The notes below the pieces were generated by a model. The model ran no database searches. It had not been told where the DNA came from and saw nothing but the letters and a program-made list of their open reading frames with translations. A stretch of DNA of 59,489 nucleotides, the filler included. It is 3 parts of 3 records of this genome, joined end to end, with 100 filler letters (N's around TTAATTAATTAA, not from the genome) between each part and the next. Parts side by side here need not be neighbours in the genome. Positions count along the whole stretch, not along the records: positions 49,242 to 59,489 come from SRR22947725_442; 2 more parts are not named here. One strand, written 5' to 3'. A program made the translations under genes and the position numbers. Position 1 is the first letter of the stretch, and each line of letters opens with the position of its first letter. Shown here one piece after another: positions 56,346 through 59,489 of this stretch.

Positions 56346-57567
56346 AGAGATTGATCTAAGTCTAGATCGAACTAAAAATCTTTTAGAAAAATTAGGCAAT
56401 CCTCAAGATCAAATCAGTTGCATTTCTATTGTTGGCACGAACGGAAAATTTTCGACTATCCAGGCACTTTATGCAATTTTAAAAGAGGCTGATTATAAAT
56501 GTAATATTTATACCAGTCCTCACATTCAAAAAATTAATGAGAGATTTGTCTTTAACAATAAGCCTCTAACAGATGATGAATTAGCCAATCTTTTTTCTGA
56601 AATAGAAGAAGCTAACAATCAAACACAAATCACTTTCTTTGAAATTTTAACTGTTGCTTATTTTCATTATGCAAAGAAATACCCTAAAAACATTAACTTA
56701 ATTGAGTCAGGTCTATTTCATAGATTTGATGCAACCAACATTTTAAAAAAAAACTTAGCTAGTATTGTAACAGCCATTGGTCTGGATCACTTAGACTGGC
56801 TTCCAAAAGAAGAGCAAACAGTTGAAAAAATAATATTTGAGAAAACATCTACTTTGTTAAATTCTAAAATCGTAGTTGCAAAACAAAGTTCAAATGAAAT
56901 TAACAAAAGTATTGAAAATACAATCAAAGACAATACTTCTAAAAAAATAATCTTTAATAAAAATTATAATTTTACCTTAAAAGAAAATGATTTTTTTTAT
57001 TTTGAGGATGAATTTGGTGCTCTTAAACTTCCAAAACCTAATTTGACTGGAGAATTTCAATTAGAAAATGTCTCTACGGCAATTGCAACTGCTAGACAAT
57101 TAACAAAATATAAAATAACCGATGAACATATTAAGAGTGGTATTACTAAAATAGAAAGTATTGCACGACTACAAGAGTTAAAATCTGGAAAATTAAAAGA
57201 TTTAACTAGTAATAATTTATTATTTGTTGATGGATCTCATAATCCACTTGGTGCAAAGGTATTAAATGAATATCTTCAAAGTCTAAATTGTAACAAACAT
57301 ATTATTTTAGGAATGATGGCCAACAAAGACCACAATGAATATACGAGTTACTTTAAAGATATTAAATCATTAACAACAATTGACATTCCAAATCAACCCA
57401 ATGCTATTAAGGGAAGTGAACTTAAAGGGAAAATTAAAAATTTTGAAAATATTAATTATAAAAATTCTATTGAGGAAGCAATTAGCTCAATTGATCTTCA
57501 AGAAAATGATATTATTTTAATTACAGGGTCTTTGTATCTTGCGGGAGAAGTTTTAAACTTAAACTAG
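56299..57567 (+). CDS. folC: Folylpolyglutamate synthase/dihydrofolate synthase
   Basis: GTNGK, YTSPH, TFFE, DATN, GLDH, DGSHN, ITGSLYLAG. Confidence 0.93.
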   Translation: MKLQKIVERLQKLHPKEIDLSLDRTKNLLEKLGNPQDQISCISIVGTNGKFSTIQALYAILKEADYKCNIYTSPHIQKINERFVFNNKPLTDDELANLFSEIEEANNQTQITFFEILTVAYFHYAKKYPKNINLIESGLFHRFDATNILKKNLASIVTAIGLDHLDWLPKEEQTVEKIIFEKTSTLLNSKIVVAKQSSNEINKSIENTIKDNTSKKIIFNKNYNFTLKENDFFYFEDEFGALKLPKPNLTGEFQLENVSTAIATARQLTKYKITDEHIKSGITKIESIARLQELKSGKLKDLTSNNLLFVDGSHNPLGAKVLNEYLQSLNCNKHIILGMMANKDHNEYTSYFKDIKSLTTIDIPNQPNAIKGSELKGKIKNFENINYKNSIEEAISSIDLQENDIILITGSLYLAGEVLNLN

Positions 57568-57881
57568 ATATTCTTATCTAGAAATTCTTTCATTTGACTC
57601 TCAGCAACTCCACCAACTTTTCTGTCTACCTCAACACCTTTTTTGTAAACAATAACAGTTGGTACACCTCTTACACCAGCAGCTGAACCTGTGTTAATTC
57701 CACCATTTTCTATGTCAGCATAATAAAAGTTTGCTTTATCTTTGTAGCTATCTGAAAACTTATCCATGATGGGTTTAAGGCTCTTGCACGGAGCACACCA
57801 TTCTGCAGAAAATTGAACTACAGAGATATCTTCATTCTTAATTTTTGTTTCAAATTCTTCGTCTTTAAAATCAATAAGCAT
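57564..57881 (-). CDS. trxA: Thioredoxin
   Basis: FSAEWCAPCK, GVPT, 105 aa; convergent with folC. Confidence 0.92.
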   Translation of the reverse strand: MLIDFKDEEFETKIKNEDISVVQFSAEWCAPCKSLKPIMDKFSDSYKDKANFYYADIENGGINTGSAAGVRGVPTVIVYKKGVEVDRKVGGVAESQMKEFLDKNI

Positions 57882-57956
57882 GCTTCATATATAAATTCTT
57901 ATTATATTTATTCAATATGTAAAAAATGATTTTTTTAGTTAATTAACAGAGACTTA

Positions 57957-59384
57957 TTATGCTTGTTCGTATTTTTTTTGAATACCTTCAACGAACTCAT
58001 TAATTTCGTCTAAAAAATTGAGCTTTTTCTCATCTTTTTCGTTGGTATATCTATCTCTTAAATTATCACACTCAAAATAAAATTCTTTGCATGTCCACCA
58101 TTTTTCTTTTTCATCACTTAATATTCTTTCGGCTATTCCACGTTTAATGGTCTTAAACATATCAGGAGGAAGTGTCTCAGGTGATTCTTGATATATTATC
58201 TTTTTTCCAAAGCTTACCATTCTCTCGTCTTCAAATTTATCTAATAATATTAATTTATCTTTCCAAGAAGCTGCATGCCATTTTGGAAATAAAGCTGTAT
58301 CTTTTTGAGGAGTAAATTTTTTATAAATTGTCTCTTCTGCCAGTAAATCAACTTGTGAATCGAATTGTGCTTTTTCTTCAGCTGTTTCTCGTAATACGGT
58401 TAAAACATTTTGAGAAAATCTCTCATTACTGTTTACTAATTTTGCACGCTCTTTAATTAGATCAGGATCAAGATTACTATATGGTTCAACTTGTAGTCCA
58501 TAACTTGCGTCTAGAATTATAGGAGCTTTATTTGATCGTATAGTTCTTAAAAACTTTAATTTTTTAATAGCACTTTTAAGTTCAGAAATTGACATATCAA
58601 ATAATGGAATAGGATCAATTTTAAGATCAAAAGCTTGGCCCCATTGATAGATTGGGTGAATACAATGTTTTGGGTGAAGTGGTGCAACTACAAATCTATA
58701 ATTTTTACCAAAATGATATTCTGCTAATGTAAACATTTTTTCAGTTTTAAATATCGTCTCAGTATCACTCTTGTTTGCTGTTCTTAAAAATGTATCCCAA
58801 GTCTGAGGTTGATTTTTTTTAATTAATCCTAAAACTTTAACAGTTAGTTCTGCATCAAATAAAGCTGAGTGAGCTCCACTTGATTCAAAGCCATTCATTC
58901 TAGCTAACGACTCTAGTTTCATGACCGCATTACCTTTTGCATTTGTTTCAGTTTTTATAACACTCTCATCAACTGCATGGGCACCTCTTGCAATATTTAA
59001 ACCATCATGTCTTTTGTTCGGGGTTGCATTGGTGATATAAGGATATCTAATTCCTCTAAAGAATTCGTTTCTTATCATCTCATCATCAAAGCCAATGTTT
59101 GACCAACCCATGAATATTGCTGGGCTCCATTTTTTAAATGTTGCTTCTAACTGAGATAACATTTGGTAATGACTTAAATTTCCTTTAGTTAATAAATCAA
59201 CACTAGTCTTGTTAACTATCAAAGCCATTGCTTGAGGAACCTCTCCTTCTGGTAATCTACATCTAAAATTAAAACGATCTAATTCTTTAAAATTAGGGTC
59301 AACTAAAATACCACCTACTTCAATAATACTTCCCCATGAAGTATTGGCACTACTAGATTCAATGTCCCATATTGCTAAATTCAT
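57957..59384 (-). CDS. sbcB: Exodeoxyribonuclease I (DEDDh 3'-5' ssDNA exonuclease)
   Basis: WDIES (ExoI), NIGFDDE (ExoII), AHSALFD (ExoIII), KLESLA, IRSNKAP; 475 aa. Confidence 0.85.
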   Translation of the reverse strand: MNLAIWDIESSSANTSWGSIIEVGGILVDPNFKELDRFNFRCRLPEGEVPQAMALIVNKTSVDLLTKGNLSHYQMLSQLEATFKKWSPAIFMGWSNIGFDDEMIRNEFFRGIRYPYITNATPNKRHDGLNIARGAHAVDESVIKTETNAKGNAVMKLESLARMNGFESSGAHSALFDAELTVKVLGLIKKNQPQTWDTFLRTANKSDTETIFKTEKMFTLAEYHFGKNYRFVVAPLHPKHCIHPIYQWGQAFDLKIDPIPLFDMSISELKSAIKKLKFLRTIRSNKAPIILDASYGLQVEPYSNLDPDLIKERAKLVNSNERFSQNVLTVLRETAEEKAQFDSQVDLLAEETIYKKFTPQKDTALFPKWHAASWKDKLILLDKFEDERMVSFGKKIIYQESPETLPPDMFKTIKRGIAERILSDEKEKWWTCKEFYFECDNLRDRYTNEKDEKKLNFLDEINEFVEGIQKKYEQA

Positions 59385-59385
59385 A

Positions 59386-59489
59386 TTAGTTCATATTCCG
59401 TTGATGATAGTATTGTTCTACTTTTTCTAAAAACTTGTTTTGGTATTCTTCTAGTTTTTCACCTTGAATTCTAAAGTCTTGGAATAAAT
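59386..59489 (-). CDS. C-terminal fragment of a gene coupled to sbcB, possibly a PD-(D/E)XK nuclease
   Basis: LFQDFRIQGEKLEEYQNKFLEKVEQYYHQRNMN*, stop 1 nt before the sbcB ATG; only 33 aa visible. Confidence 0.4.
   Translation of the reverse strand, partial: LFQDFRIQGEKLEEYQNKFLEKVEQYYHQRNMN

Noticed and set aside
57564-57881. WCAPC instead of WCGPC in thioredoxin
   Set aside because: This is a common natural variant.
57886-57915. Possible sigma32/sigma70 promoter for trxA (TTGAAT...TTTATAT)
   Set aside because: The region is almost entirely AT, so the match cannot be distinguished from chance.

Overview
The window is not contiguous. It holds three AT-rich contigs joined by two artificial 100-nt linkers (44 N + TTAATTAATTAA + 44 N, at 27243-27342 and 49142-49241). 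Contig 1 (1-27242) is a compact FCB-group-like fragment, probably Marinimicrobia/SAR406 (inferred). It carries an almost entirely minus-strand run: ftsH-folP-cdaA-[split-barrel/MenA fusion]-prfB-lysS-lolC/E-lolD-dnaK-TamB-like-moxR-DUF58-efp-accBC-gcvH-xerD-M50-miaA-pyrBC-rplM-rpsI-rpsB-tsf-pyrH-frr. Contig 2 (27343-49141) is a streamlined alphaproteobacterial (SAR11-like) fragment: sucCDAB-lpdA, tal, priA, atpHAGDC, and rplU-rpmA-obgE-proBA-nadD-rsfS-rlmH-ctpA-rppH. Contig 3 (49242-59489) is Pelagibacter-like: aroA-cmk-rpsA-ihfB-pyrF-trpFBA-accD-folC, then trxA, sbcB and a partial nuclease-like gene. I saw no rRNA, tRNA, CRISPR array or mobile element. The most interesting signals are: (1) a TrpB with a rewritten active site (E109D, Q114Y, H115A, S377C) and co-loss of the alphaD56-betaK167 interface pair; (2) a flavin-binding split-barrel domain fused to a MenA/UbiA prenyltransferase; (3) a sigma54-type promoter with adjacent operator-like repeats upstream of a lone dnaK; (4) a Cmk lacking the Walker A lysine; (5) ExoI plus a putative nuclease at the position usually held by addAB. 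All calls come from reading motifs by eye; no searches were run.
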